From the human T2T-CHM13v2.0 reference genome, Homo sapiens, in assembly GCF_009914755.1 (NCBI RefSeq), contig NC_060934.1: a DNA stretch of 64,000 nucleotides. One strand, given 5' to 3'. A program made the position numbers and the translations under genes. The notes under the pieces are model-generated. The model was not told the origin of the DNA. It saw only the letters and a program-made list of their open reading frames with translations, and made no database searches. Positions 11,983 to 28,500 of this stretch are shown in pieces. Numbering within the stretch: position 1 is the stretch's first letter; the number at the start of each line of letters is the position of its first letter.

Positions 11983-13554
11983 GTGAGTGCTCCCAGGGAG
12001 GGACGGGGAGTCTGGTTCTATGCCTAGCCCGGGCCCCAGGCAGCGGGGCTGCTGAGCCTGCTCCCCTCAGCACTGGGTTATGGAGACACGACCATACAGG
12101 CAACACAACTTTCAGTGCTTCTGGGCTCCAGGCCCAGGCCAGGATGCTGACCTCTACCTCTTCTCTGCCTGATCGTCAGGAGTCCAGAGACATGGCTCAG
12201 CCTGCCAGCCCCCAGCCATGGTCCAGCCCCTAATTGGGATTCCCTGGCTTGCGGCTACATGCTCTTCTGAGCACAAGGATGACCTTGGGATTATTTAGGG
12301 GAGAGACTTTGGGGAGAGGAGAGAGCTATGCCTGGTGGAGGGCTCATGGCCAGGCCTCTGAACCTGTTGCAGAGCCGGCCTCAAGACCTCCTCAGCCTCC
12401 ACCAGGCTTCCCTAGTACACCCCAAGCAGACTGAGGCCGAGGGTGGCTGGCTGGTAGCAGCCACAGAGGGCATCGCCCATCCTCCTGCTTCCCCAGGAGT
12501 CCTCCCTGGTAGGCGTAGGGTGCTGCCTGGGTCTCGTCAGCTTCTGCTCCCCTGGGCTGGGGGAGCCCCAGGGCTGGGCATGTAATTGGGGCAAGGGTGG
12601 GAACCGGTGGCCAGCGCTAGAGGCTGCTGTGGCCTCCCTGTCTGTGCCCAGGCCAGGCCATGATAACCAGCCCCTCCTCTGCCCAAGACAGCTTCATAAC
12701 CAGCCCCCTGTGCTTCTCTTTCACTTGTTCCTTTGTATTGTTATTCAGACTGATTTTCCCACAAATGCCTGTAATCACAGAACATGCAGTTTAGCTCTGC
12801 CTGAGTTCCTGGCCGGTATCCCCCAGCCCCTACCCCTTTGGGGTTTTAAGGAAGAGGTTGACTTAGGAAACCTGCCTGGAAGTGACTAAAAGATGCCTTG
12901 GGAACCCAGGGAGGAGTAGGAGTCGAGGCTCTCCCTCCTTCCATCCTCACCAGAGCAGTTTCGTTTCCTCTAATGCACCCAGTGGGCATGCGCTTAAGAT
13001 GCTGTTGGAAGTTGCTCAGTGGCTAAAAGACACTTGCAGGCCACCAGCATAGCTACTCTATGTGGAAGCTCTGTGGATGATGATGGTGACAGTAACAGTG
13101 TTCTTGTCCCAGGAGCCCCATGGGAAATTGGGGGATCTGCCTTGAAAGTGTGGTTTGATCTGTTTTGTGCCCTGACGCTTCTCAGCACCCAGGACAGTGC
13201 TTGCGCCAGTGGGCCCTCAAATATGTATGCGGCTTTGAAGTAATCGTGATGTGAAGATGGGGTAACTGAGACTTAGAAGGCTAATAGCTTGCTCGAGGAC
13301 ATGCAGGGTGCTAGGATTTAAATACACATCATGCCTGTTTTTCAGACGAGACACAGCAGGAGAGAAGAGTGCCCTTCCTGAGGTCACATACCCAGTAGCT
13401 GCAGAGCCAGGTGGACAGTTGTCCTAGGCCTCAAACATTCTGAAACCCAAACCCACTCTCTGGCTCCTGCCTGCAGCTGTCTGGGGATAGAAAGTGTCCT
13501 CTGGGATGAAGTGCCCCCTTGGTCTCACCTCCTCTCCTTTCACCCTGTTTCCAG

Positions 13555-13762
13555 GTGGGTGACGGAGGAGTGGGGTGCCTGCAGCCGGAGCTGTGGGAAG
13601 CTGGGGGTGCAGACACGGGGGATACAGTGCCTGCTGCCCCTCTCCAATGGAACCCACAAGGTCATGCCGGCCAAAGCCTGCGCCGGGGACCGGCCTGAGG
13701 CCCGACGGCCCTGTCTCCGAGTGCCCTGCCCAGCCCAGTGGAGGCTGGGAGCCTGGTCCCAG
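13555..13762 (+). CDS. ADAMTS14: ADAMTS14 coding exon (TSR3, start of TSR4)
   Basis: ccag|G acceptor, CAG|gtgac donor; WVTEEWGACSRSCG...CPAQWRLGAWSQ. Confidence 0.96.
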
Positions 13763-13939
13763 GTGACTTGTCCTCAGGAGGTGGGAGGGGCTTGGGGAGG
13801 AGGTGGGTCTGAGGGATTTTTTTGGTGTTCCCTGCAGGCAAGAGAGTTTCTGCCTGAATGGCTCCCCCTACATCAAATTTTGTTTTCCTTAAAGTAGAAT
13901 AGCTCCTACGTACCCTGGGCCGTGGCTCTGTGCTAGGCC

Positions 13940-14620
13940 TTTAGGTTCATTCATTACTGCCAGTAAGCTTCACACAGTGCCAGGAGGCATGGGTTCATGT
14001 CCCTGTGTTCCAGATGAGCAGACTGAAGTACACTCTTGCATTCCAGAAATACTTGCTGAGCACTAGCTGTATGCCAGACCTTGTACTAAGAATGAGGGAA
14101 CCTAGCATCAACCAGACAGAGCTGATTCTTGCCCTCGTGCAGCCCACAGTCCTGTGAGGGAAATGTATTAGGCCATCAACCCACAGCCAAGCACTGACAG
14201 ACTGCAGTCGGAGCTGGGTGGGGAGTAGTGGGTCGATGTGGTGGAGGATGGAGGGCGGTCAGAGGGCTTCTCTGAGGAGGTGTTGCTCAAGCTGAGACCA
14301 GAGGGACAAGCCACAGGAAGAGACCAAGTCAGGAACAATTTTACAACGTTCCAGAAGCCAACAGGACAGTGGGGCTGGAGCTGACTGGGAGGGATGGGGG
14401 CTGCGAGATAACACTGGGGAGGCAGGCGGGGGTCCATGGCTACGGGCTTTGCAAGGGGTTTGCATATATTCTAAGAGCAATGGGAAACCAGGGAAGCCTT
14501 TTAACATGGGCATTACAAGCTCTGATTTCAGGTTGTAAAGATCACTCTGACGGTGCTGTGGAAGGTTGAGCGTTAGACAGTCAGGGTAGCGAAGGGGAGA
14601 TAGCAGTAGCGCTGCTTAGT
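13940..14620. mobile_element. Degraded MIR and L2 fragments
   Basis: aaatacttgctgagcactagctgtatgccagac; tctgaggaggtgttgctcaagctgagacc; aaagatcactctga L2 3' motifs. Confidence 0.55.
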
Positions 14621-14752
14621 TATTTGGGTGCTCTGTGGCTCAGACCCTGGAGGCCACCTTCGGGAAACTGCCTTGACGAAATTGTCTTGGGTTTTCTTTT
14701 AAATACTCATTTGATGTGAACATTGAGAACATCATGCCAAGTAAAACAAGCC

Positions 14753-15095
14753 AAGCTGGATGCAGTGGCTCATGCCTGGAATCCCAACACTTTGGGAGGC
14801 TGAGGTGGGCAGATCTTTGGGGGGCTGATGTGGGTGGATTGCTTGAGCCCAGGAATTCGAGACCAGCCTGGGCAACAGAGCAAGACCTCGCCTCTACAAA
14901 AAATGTAAAAAGTTAGCTGGGCGTGGTGGTGTGTGCTTGTAATCCCAGCTGCTCTGGAGGCTAGGGTAGGAAGATTGCTTGAGCCCACGAGGTCAAGGCT
15001 CCAGTGAGCTATGACCATACCATGCCGCTGCACTCCAGCCTGAGTGACAGAGCAAGAGCTTGTCTCACAAAAAAAAAAAAAAAAAAGAAAAGAAA
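14753..15095 (+). mobile_element. AluJ-like element
   Basis: Dimeric Alu with ttgagcccagga diagnostic and poly(A) tail. Confidence 0.9.
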
Positions 15096-15317
15096 TAAGC
15101 CAGACATCCAGACATGTAAGGACAAACACTCCATGAGGGCACTTTGCTGGTGATTTCCAGGGGCTGCTGGAGGGTGAATGAGGGGTTAGTGTTTAATAGG
15201 CGAGGAGTTTCAGTTGGGAAAGAAGAAAATGTTCTGGAAACAGATGGTGGTAATGATTGTACAACAATGGGAATGTGCTTAATGCCACTGAACCATAGAC
15301 TTAAAAATAGTTAAGAT

Positions 15318-15620
<303 letters not shown>

Positions 15621-16214
15621 TAGTTAAGATGGCAAACTTTATGTTATATAGATATTACCCCAATTTAAAAAACCTCATTTGATCACAATGATGTTTATTG
15701 CAACAGCAAAACATTAGGACGTATCTCAAATGTTTATCTATAGAAGATTGGACAAAAATCATGGTCTGTTCATACAATACAGTATTATACAACAAGAAAA
15801 ATGAACAGGCCTGAACTGTACTTACCAAAATAGATAAACTTCTGTTATAGAGAATACATTTAGGTGAGAAAAAGTACTTCAGTATGAAGTAAAAAAGCAC
15901 TTCCAATGGATGTCATTTCCTTAATGTTTAGAGGGACACAACACAATCTGAAAATATTCTGGGATGCTCATTTATTAAGGCTGGTGGTGGCATCTGGATA
16001 GGGTTTTGTGAATAACTCCATACTTTTCTGTATTTTGAAATATTGCATTATGAATATTTGTAAAGAACCAAAAATCCACACACAACTCATGCATTTTATA
16101 TGTCTCCATAATATATAGCTTCATTTGTTTTGATATAGAACAGATTGCTGGTCTTCAAAGGACCCCACAGATAAAAGTAACAGAGAGATGGCAGATAGTG
16201 GAAGATACTGGCCC

Positions 16215-16666
16215 TGTCGCAATAAGCAAAATATAGAGATGAATCTCTAAATTTAACTTTTATTAAGTAAGAATTGCAATTCAAGGCATACACAGAGACC
16301 GGGTGGTCTTCAGTATGTCCAAAGAACAAAGGAAAGGTTGGGGGTTTTATTAGAAAGAGACATGATATGTATTGTGTTGAACACCAACTCATTGGCACTA
16401 GACAAGCTTTTGGGAGCTGGCAAGCTCTGACTGGTGAGTGATGGTGCTATGGAAAACTAGCCGTGGAGTCACAGCAGGTTGTTTCAGCAGCTGCTAGGTA
16501 AAACTGGTCTTGGAATTACATCAGCCTGTTTCAGCAGCTGGCCCAGTGGAGAATTTAATTCTTGGAGCAGGTGCTAGGTGCCCTGAGTGCTTTTTCCCCT
16601 GGTCCCTCAACTCTGATTTAGTTGGGTGTGACAAGTATGACCCTATTCATATAATCAACTTTCACA
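16215..16666 (-). mobile_element. ERV1 (MER4-group-like) solo LTR, antisense in an ADAMTS14 intron
   Basis: TG...CA termini with a perfect 4-bp TSD GCCC (16211-14 and 16667-70); minus strand begins TGTGAAAGTTGATTATA; subfamily uncertain. Confidence 0.8.
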
Positions 16667-17717
16667 GCCCCTTATGAGACTGACTGAGCAGTCAGGAGCT
16701 GTTAGCTGCTGTTTGTAATGATTCATCCTGGGAGGATATGCCGTGTTTGTCTCGTAGTTCTGTGTGGCCCCATGACCCTTGTGTCTCAGTGGTCACATGC
16801 TCCAGTGTGGGAAGTGGGGTCCTGCAAATTCCTCTCCTTCCAGCTAGGTAAGGCTGTGGTCAGCATCTAAAAGGTGACCCAGTCACACTGGGCAACGCTG
16901 CTTTCCTGGAGTCCCTGCCCCTCCATTGAGGACCTCCACATTCCCTGTTTGTCAGAGTTAGAGTGGGTCAGGTCCAGGGGACGATGTGTGTGGCCACCCC
17001 CTGCAAACGGTGGTCCTCGGTCCTCTGGTGCCTCCTGCTCCTTGTACCCGCACCCTGCTCCATCAGGGAAGAAGACACTTTTGAACATACTTCTGCAGGC
17101 CCATGTTTGGTAAATCAAGTCACAAGATTATTGACTATCAGAGCTAGTCAGAGGAGGGTCCATGGAGACCCTGTCGCCCAGCTCTCTGTTTACAGAGTAA
17201 GACACTGAACCAGGGGTGGGGGGTAGCAGAAGCCACAATCCAGGCCCCTATATCCTGTTAATAGGATATCATCACATCAATCCACCTGCCCAGGTCACAC
17301 CATGTAGTGGATTGCAACAGGGGAGTTTGCTAGAGTGATACACAAAATATTAAAGAACCCAGGCACAGACCAGACACAGTGCATGCAGGTGGTAGTAGGG
17401 AATGGGGTCCCAGAGGTTCCCTCCTGAGCCAGAGATTAACCGTTTAGATTGTGGAAAGGCCCATGGAGTTCTAGGCTCAGGGCAATGGCTCTTCACCATT
17501 GGTATCAGGACTATTTGGCAACAGGTACAGTGTCCCACTGAGGCTCCTTAGAAGCAGTCCTTGCATGTCCCTCTGGTCAAGTGAAGACTTGGTGCTCTCC
17601 TTTGTACCCTTTCTGTCCCCGGGCACTGGCTGGGCTCTGAGCTCACTGACTCGTCTTTCTTCTCTCCACCTACCCTGACCCCGGCCGCTATGCCTGGCAC
17701 TGACCCACCCACGGCAG

Positions 17718-17847
17718 TGCTCTGCCACCTGTGGAGAGGGCATCCAGCAGCGGCAGGTGGTGTGCAGGACCAACGCCAACAGCCTCGGGCATTGCGAGGG
17801 GGATAGGCCAGACACTGTCCAGGTCTGCAGCCTGCCCGCCTGTGGAG
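17718..17847 (+). CDS. ADAMTS14: ADAMTS14 coding exon (TSR4)
   Basis: gcag|TGC acceptor, GGAG|gtgag donor; CSATCGEGIQQRQVVC...CSLPACG. Confidence 0.96.
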
Positions 17848-17930
17848 GTGAGCCAGAGGGGATGGGGAGGCCAGGTCCAGTCCCTTGGGCCAAAGTCCCA
17901 AATACTAGAATTGCTTCTTCCTGCTCACAG

Positions 17931-18041
17931 GAAATCACCAGAACTCCACGGTGAGGGCCGATGTCTGGGAACTTGGGACGCCAGAGGGGCAGTGGGTGCC
18001 ACAATCTGAACCCCTACATCCCATTAACAAGATATCATCAA
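17931..18041 (+). CDS. ADAMTS14: ADAMTS14 penultimate exon
   Basis: acag|GA acceptor after an 83-bp intron, TCAA|gtaagt donor; NHQNSTVRADVWELG...PINKISS. Confidence 0.94.
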
Positions 18042-18204
18042 GTAAGTACAGTCTATGGACCCTACCCTGCTCCCCAGACCTTTCAGTGGCCCTGGTGTTG
18101 CAGCATGGGCCACTCAGTGGAGCAAACCCAGCTTGTAGCTGTCTGTGTGACCTTCACCTCCCTGAGCCTCAGATACCTCAGTTATGAAGTGGGGAGGAGG
18201 CTCT

Positions 18205-18470
18205 ACTGGTCCATGAGCCGTTACCTGCAATTCCAAAATGTTTATTTCTAAGTTTGGTGCAAACTTACCTGGCAGCAAAATCTGACCTGAACTAATGAGA
18301 TCATTTATTCTTTTGATATAGAAATTTAGCCATATTTAGTTACAAGGTGATATCTCAGGCTCCATTGAGGATGTTCTATAATATAAACACAGAATATAAT
18401 GTTTCTGATCCCAAAAGTTCTGAATTCTGAACTATATCTGTTTCCAATATTTTCAGACAAGCAATTGTAG
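18205..18470. mobile_element. MER103C-like hAT DNA transposon fossil
   Basis: ttggtgcaaacttacctggcagcaaaatctgacctgaact and ttctgaattctgaac..atctg motifs. Confidence 0.55.
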
Positions 18471-20112
18471 ATATGAGCTGCCTTCATAGGGCTGGTGAGA
18501 TAATTGGATGAGAGAATGCATGCACTCCTGTCTGGCTGTCAGCTTCCAGTAACAATAGGCCTAGCAATTTCTCTCAGCCCCATGATTCAGTTCATCCTCC
18601 CATCTTTCCATTCATCCACCCACGGATAGATATTTACTGAGCAACTGCTACGTGCCAGGCTGTAGATTCTTCACTCCTTTCCTAGGTTCCATCTCTCTTT
18701 TCCTTCCTCACCCTCCCTAGGACCAGGGTCTGGCAAGATGAGTAGCAGAAAGATCAAAGACCCTAACTCCTAGTTAGAGGACCAGTTGGCTGCAAATTCG
18801 TTAACCTCTCTGAGCTTAGTGACCTCATCTGTAAGATAAGGTTCTGACTAGATGTCCTCAAAGGACCTTCTACCTCCAATCTTCTACTTCTCTGCTCCTA
18901 GGCTGAGGTTCTGACTGGGGGAGTGCCTGGGTTTCCTGCCGTCTTCCTTCCCAAAGCAAAGGACGATTCCGATTCTGGTTCCAGAAATCTGGCGCCATCT
19001 AGAGGCCACTGGCTTTCCATTTTTCTCTGATCTTTCTCTTGTTCCCCTAAGCCTGCCCCTCCACCTGTGTCTCTCTTTCCCTCTGTCCCTCCCACTCTTC
19101 CCACCTCCCTCTTTCTCTCTCTCTCTCTGGCAAAAATTAGTAGAAAGCAAAGCTCCTGCCTTCACATTCTGTCTGGAGAAGCCTACATGGAGTTATCACA
19201 GAAAGGTGTGATATTTTGGGCAAAGCAAACTAGTGTAATGAGCACTTATCTTTGCCAGGTGCTTTAAAGATGTTGTTTGCAATGTTATTATTCACTGGTA
19301 AGGGTCAACATCAGCCCCATTTTATAGGTGAAGCAACTGAGGCTTGGAGGGTTTAAGTGACTTGCCAAAGGCCTCACACTTTTAAGTGGTAGAGCCTGGA
19401 TTTGAACTGAAATCTGCTTGATTCCAAATTAAGCAGTAGCAGTCTTAATGTCCCGATGTGTGCTGACTGTGGCAGGATGGTCAGTCTGCCTGTCCCAAGC
19501 ATGAGTTGCCTGGGGTCTAGCCTGACCCTGGCTGGAGTGGGGCCAGACTCCTTGGGTTGATTGGGAGGGGCTAGGGTTCCCACTTCCATCCAGAGCAGCT
19601 GCAAGTTAGAAGCACCTGGTGGTAGGTCACACCCTAGATTGTCCAGTGTGTGGGTGAAGGAGACAGGCACCCCCAAGGATTCCAGTGTGCAGCAGGGCTG
19701 AGGGCGAATGGCGAAGGGCCAGGGTTCTCAGATGCGCCCACACGTGGAGTCCCCTGGAGGGCTTGTGAAAGCACAGCGCTGAGCCCCAGCCTGAGTTTCT
19801 GATGCAATAGGGCTGGGTGGTGCTGGAGGATGTGCATTGCCAGCAAGCTTCCAGGTGACGCTGCTGCTGCGTGTGGGGACATCACTTTGAGATCTGCTGC
19901 TCTAGGGGATTTTACTTCCTCTTCCATGTAGTCAGGGCTGACTCTCCCGTCAGGTGGCTCTGTAGCCCCCACCCTGAGAAAAAGCTTTATAGTGGGTCCA
20001 GCAGGGGCAGGGGTGGAGGGCGGGCAGTCAGTGGGTAAGTGGGAGGGGGGGCCACCTGACTGACAGGCATCCCCACGTTGCTTCCATCCTTGTCCTTGTG
20101 CTGTGTGTGCAG

Positions 20113-20606
20113 CGGAGCCCTGCACGGGAGACAGGTCTGTCTTCTGCCAGATGGAAGTGCTCGATCGCTACTGCTCCATTCCCGGCTACCACCGGCTCTG
20201 CTGTGTGTCCTGCATCAAGAAGGCCTCGGGCCCCAACCCTGGCCCAGACCCTGGCCCAACCTCACTGCCCCCCTTCTCCACTCCTGGAAGCCCCTTACCA
20301 GGACCCCAGGACCCTGCAGATGCTGCGGAGCCTCCTGGAAAGCCAACGGGATCAGAGGACCATCAGCATGGCCGAGCCACACAGCTCCCAGGAGCTCTGG
20401 ATACAAGCTCCCCAGGGACCCAGCATCCCTTTGCCCCTGAGACACCAATCCCTGGAGCATCCTGGAGCATCTCCCCTACCACCCCCGGGGGGCTGCCTTG
20501 GGGCTGGACTCAGACACCTACGCCAGTCCCTGAGGACAAAGGGCAACCTGGAGAAGACCTGAGACATCCCGGCACCAGCCTCCCTGCTGCCTCCCCGGTG
20601 ACATGA
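20113..20606 (+). CDS. ADAMTS14: ADAMTS14 last coding exon (PLAC domain and Pro-rich C-terminus, TGA stop)
   Basis: gcag|CG acceptor; [33 protein letters not shown] (PLAC) ...AASPVT*. Confidence 0.96.
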
Positions 20607-22190
20607 GCTGTGCCCTGCCATCCCACTGGCACGTTTACACTCTGTGTACTGCCCCGTGACTCCCAGCTCAGAGGACACACATAGCAGGGCAGGCGCAAGC
20701 ACAGACTTCATTTTAAATCATTCGCCTTCTTCTCGTTTGGGGCTGTGATGCTCTTTACCCCACAAAGCGGGGTGGGAGGAAGACAAAGATCAGGGAAAGC
20801 CCTAATCGGAGATACCTCAGCAAGCTGCCCCCGGCGGGACTGACCCTCTCAGGGCCCCTGTTGGTCTCCCCTGCCAAGACCAGGGTCAACTATTGCTCCC
20901 TCCTCACAGACCCTGGGCCTGGGCAGATCTGAATCCCGGCTGGTCTGTAGCTAGAAGCTGTCAGGGCTGCCTGCCTTCCCGGAACTGTGAGGACCCCTGT
21001 GGAGGCCCTGCATATTTGGCCCCTCTCCCCAGAAAGGCAAAGCAGGGCCAGGGTAGGTGGGGGACTGTTCACAGCCAGGCCGAGAGGAGGGGGGCCTGGG
21101 AATGTGGCATGAGGCTTCCCAGCTGCAGGGCTGGAGGGGGTGGAACACAAGATGATCGCAGGCCCAGCTCCCGGAAGCCAAGAGCTCCATGCAGTTCCAC
21201 CAGCTGAGGCCAGGCAGCAGAGGCCAGTTTGTCTTTGCTGGCCAGAAGATGGTGCTCATGGCCATACTCTGGCCTTGCAGATGTCACTAGTGTTACTTCT
21301 AGTGACTCCAGATTACAGACTGGCCCCCCAATCTCACCCCAGCCCACCAGAGAAGGGGGCTCAGGACACCCTGGACCCCAAGTCCTCAGCATCCAGGGAT
21401 TTCCAAACTGGCGCTCACCCCCTGACTCCACCAGGATGGCAACTTCAATTATCACTCTCAGCCTGGAAGGGGACTCTGTGGGACACAGAGGGAACACGAT
21501 TTCTCAGGCTGTCCCTTCAATCATTGCCCTTCTCCGAAGATCGCTCCTGCTGGAGTCGGACATCTTCATCTTCTACCTGGCTCAAGCTGGGCCAGAGTGT
21601 GTGGTTCTCCCAGGGGTGGTTGGACCCCAGGACTGAGGACCAGAGTCCACTCATAGCCTGGCCCTGGAGATGACAAGGGCCACCCAGGCCAAGTGCCCCA
21701 GGGCAGGGTGCCAGCCCCTGGCCTGGTGCTGGAGTGGGGAAGACACACTCACCCACGGTGCTGTAAGGGCCTGAGCTGTGCTCAGCTGCCGGCCATGCTA
21801 CCTCCAAGGGACAGGTAACAGTCTTAGATCCTCTGGCTCTCAGGAAGTGGCAGGGGGTCCCAGGACACCTCCGGGGTCTTGGAGGATGTCTCCTAAACTC
21901 CTGCCAGGTGATAGAGGTGCTTCTCACTTCTTCCTTCCCCAAGGCAAAGGGGCTGTTCTGAGCCAGCCTGGAGGAACATGAGTAGTGGGCCCCTGGCCTG
22001 CAACCCCTTTGGAGAGTGGAGGTCCTGGGGGGCTCCCCGCCCTCCCCCTGTTGCCCTCCCCTCCCTGGGATGCTGGGGCACACGTGGAGTCATTCCTGTG
22101 AGAACCAGCCTGGCCTGTGTTAAACTCTTGTGCCTTGGAAATCCAGATCTTTAAAATTTTATGTATTTATTAACATCGCCATTGGGCCCC
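20607..22190 (+). other. ADAMTS14: ADAMTS14 3'UTR (end approximate)
   Basis: Non-repetitive sequence after the stop, ending in an AT-rich element (22150-22175) followed by a GT/T-rich downstream tract (22195-22230). Confidence 0.65.
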
Positions 22191-22496
22191 AAAAGGTTGT
22201 GTGTGTGTTTCTTTTTCTCTCTCTGATTTATGGGAAGGGGACAATGAAGCCAGAGCTCGAAGGTTGAGGGCTGGGCTGTAGCAAGAGAACTGGGGGTGGG
22301 GGCGCAGCTCACTGTGGCTGTCTCCTGTCCCTCCACCTTTCCACCCATGCCCTGCTGCGTCACTGCCAGGTGGGACACAGGGTTGCCACTGGTTTCTTGG
22401 CTACTGAATCTCCTGTTTCCCTGAGGCCCAAGTTCCAGGACAACACTTTATTTCAGGTTATTGTGAAATTCTCAACCTGTTTAAATGCAACTAGAG

Positions 22497-22775
22497 GCCA
22501 GTGGGGCAGAGTGGCTCATGCCTGTAATCCCAGCACTTTTGGAGGTGGGAGTTCCAGACCAGCCTGAGCAACATAGCAAGATCCCGTCTCAACAAAAAAT
22601 AAAAAGAACATTAGCCAGGCGTGGTGTTGCACGCCTGTGGTCTCAGCTATTTAGGAGGTGGAAGTGAGAGGATCCCTTGAGCCCAGGAGTTTGAGGCCAC
22701 ACTGAGCTGTGATTGCGCCATGGCACTCCAGCCTGGGTGACAGAGCATGACCCTGTCTCAAAAACAAAAAAGAAC
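22497..22775 (+). mobile_element. AluJ-like element
   Basis: Diverged dimeric Alu with A-rich tail. Confidence 0.88.
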
Positions 22776-24485
22776 AACAAGAGGGGCTCTCTAAAGGAAT
22801 CTTAGCAACCACAGAACAAAGAGACTGTCACTGAAAGCAAAATGACTGCAACCACTTTTGCCTTCTAAGCAGTGGCAGAATTTGTGTCATGGAGTAAAAG
22901 AATCTACACTGCTGGGCACTTAGAAAAGGTGAAGCTGGCAAAAGGGCTTCTTGTCATTGTGCAGAGCTCACTCCTCCCCTTAAGGCCGAGGAGAAAATGG
23001 TTTGGAGACTCCTACCCCCGTGGGGGTGGGAACACAGAGAGGGCAGCCTCTCCATCTGTCTTTGGCTGGGGGCTTTTTAGGATGCAGGTTGTCTAATATG
23101 TCTAAGGTTCAATTAAATTTCTGTTGCCATCTCCCCAAACATCTGGAAATGTCCACTCTCCAAATTGAGGGCTTTTTATGGGTCAGGATTTTTGCTTGTT
23201 TTGGTGGAAACTGAGAAAATGAAAGGATTCACGGGTGAAGATAGAGGAACAGCACCAAGGGCCCTCTTTCCATCGCAGCCTCAGAAACATCCCTCACTTC
23301 CTGTAGGAGCCCAGTGGGAAAGGCCATATGGGAATGGTCTCATCTCTTCCTGCCCTAAACGGTTTCCTGTTTGGAGTCTGGTGGGTGCAGGTGCCAGGGT
23401 GCCAGATTGCCTGTCTCTTCCCTGGAGGGGATTCTCCAGGCCACTCTGACTTCAAGGCTTTATCCACACCTGCCCCATGCTTGGCAGAGCCCTGCCGCAG
23501 TGACAGCCAGGTGCCCAGAGTCTAGCCTATCAGCCCCGACTGGCTTCCAGAGCCTTTGCCCTGGTCTGCCAAGCTTCCTCAACCCATAGCCAGGGGCCAG
23601 CACACCTGTCATTTTGGAGGAAGCCCCCTGAAGTTCCAGCATCTCCTTGCCCTTGGGGTCAGTAGGGACAGTGCTGCACAGAGTCACCCTTAGCCTCCTG
23701 TTCAAAGAGCCTGGGAAGTCCTCACCATGGCTGTCTTCTGTGTCCAGATGGCCTCCTTGAGGTTCCAGCCTGTGACTTCATTTGGGCTAGTAAGGCCTGA
23801 AAGCTCCTGGTGGAGAAGGGATCGGGGGGATGGCAAGGGTTTAGGGACAGCAGGAGACTTACCTTCCCATTCCTCCAGAGGAGAAAAGGGGCAATTGGAG
23901 CCTCATCATGTTCCTGGGAAATAGACTGGCCTCTGGGCCCTTTTTTGATTTACCCTCCTGGTGAAACTCCAGGCCTTCCACCTGAAATGACACAGCAGGC
24001 AGGGGAAGAGGGGAAGGCACAGAGCCTGGGCCATCTGACCTGGAACTCTGTGGGCTCTTCCAAAGAGCCCCTGCTCCCTACTTGGCTTCAGGAGACTGAA
24101 GGCTTGGGGGAAGGTAGGGGTCTGGGGGGAGGAGGGAAAGAGCAAGAAGGGGCGGAAATGTAGCTGGGGCAGTCCCAGGGACCCAGCTGCCACAGATTAG
24201 AAATCTCTGGGGCCTATACCACAAATCTTCTCCTTTAAAAAATTATGCAAGAAATATATGCTCATTATTGAAAAATTTTACAACCTGAGGAAAAAAAATC
24301 TATAATTCTACTTAGCAATAACCACTGTTAATAATTTGGTTATCCATTCCAGATGTGTGCATGTGCAAGATTGTTTGTGTCTGTACACACACACATGCAC
24401 GCTGGGTGAATATTATTAATACTATACACATACATGTCATCTGGGATCTTCTCCCCCTCCTACCCCACCTACAGCAATACAATAA

Positions 24486-26986
<2,501 letters not shown>

Positions 26987-27066
26987 TACATTTATTTAAG
27001 CAAAAAGAGAAAGGTAAATTTAAATAAACATTAAGGAAGCGTATAGGTGGTAGATACTTCTAACAA

Positions 27067-27337
27067 GGCTGGGTGTAGTGGCTCACACCTGTAATCCTAG
27101 CGCTTTGGGAGGTGGAGGTGGGCAGATCACTTGAGCCCAGAAGTTCAAGACCAGCCTGGGCAACACAGGGAGACCCTGTCTCTACACAAAAATGCAAAAA
27201 TTAGCCAGGCATGGTGGCATGTGCCTGTAGTCCCAGCTACTGAGGAGGCTGAGGTGGGAGAATTGCTTGAGTCCAGGAGTTTGAGACTGCAGTGAGCTGC
27301 ACTCCAACCTGGGCCACAGAGTGGAACATGTCTCAAA
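27067..27337 (+). mobile_element. AluJ-like element
   Basis: Dimeric Alu whose tail expands into (GAAA)n. Confidence 0.9.
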
Positions 27338-27428
27338 AAAGAAAGAAAGAAAGAAAGAAAAAGAAAGAAAGAAAGAAAGAAAGAAAAAAAGAAAGAAAGA
27401 AAGAAAGAAAGGAAGAAAGGAAGAAAGG

Positions 27429-27487
<59 letters not shown>

Positions 27488-27508
27488 GAAAGAGAGAGAA
27501 AGAAAAAA
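27338..27508. repeat. (GAAA)n purine microsatellite, ~170 bp
   Basis: Directly visible. Confidence 0.95.
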
Positions 27509-27704
27509 CCAGGTATACCAAAATTCATGATGGGGTGTGGGAATGGCTCAAGTTTAGAAACCAAGGGCTCTTGTCAGTCACTCAGAGCCAGGACCTGTAG
27601 TTTGGTGAATCTGGATTTCAATTCTGAAACCTCTGCTTACCAGCTATATGACCTTAGATTATTGTGGATCCTTTTCATCACATGTGACACAAAAATCAAC
27701 TGCT

Positions 27705-28500
<796 letters not shown>

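Noticed and set aside
17848-17930. 83-bp intron as an unusual or minor-class intron
   Set aside because: Ordinary GT-AG with normal signals and within the normal short-intron range
27145-27600. KER-rich and FLS-rich ORFs
   Set aside because: Translations of the (GAAA)n microsatellite and Alu
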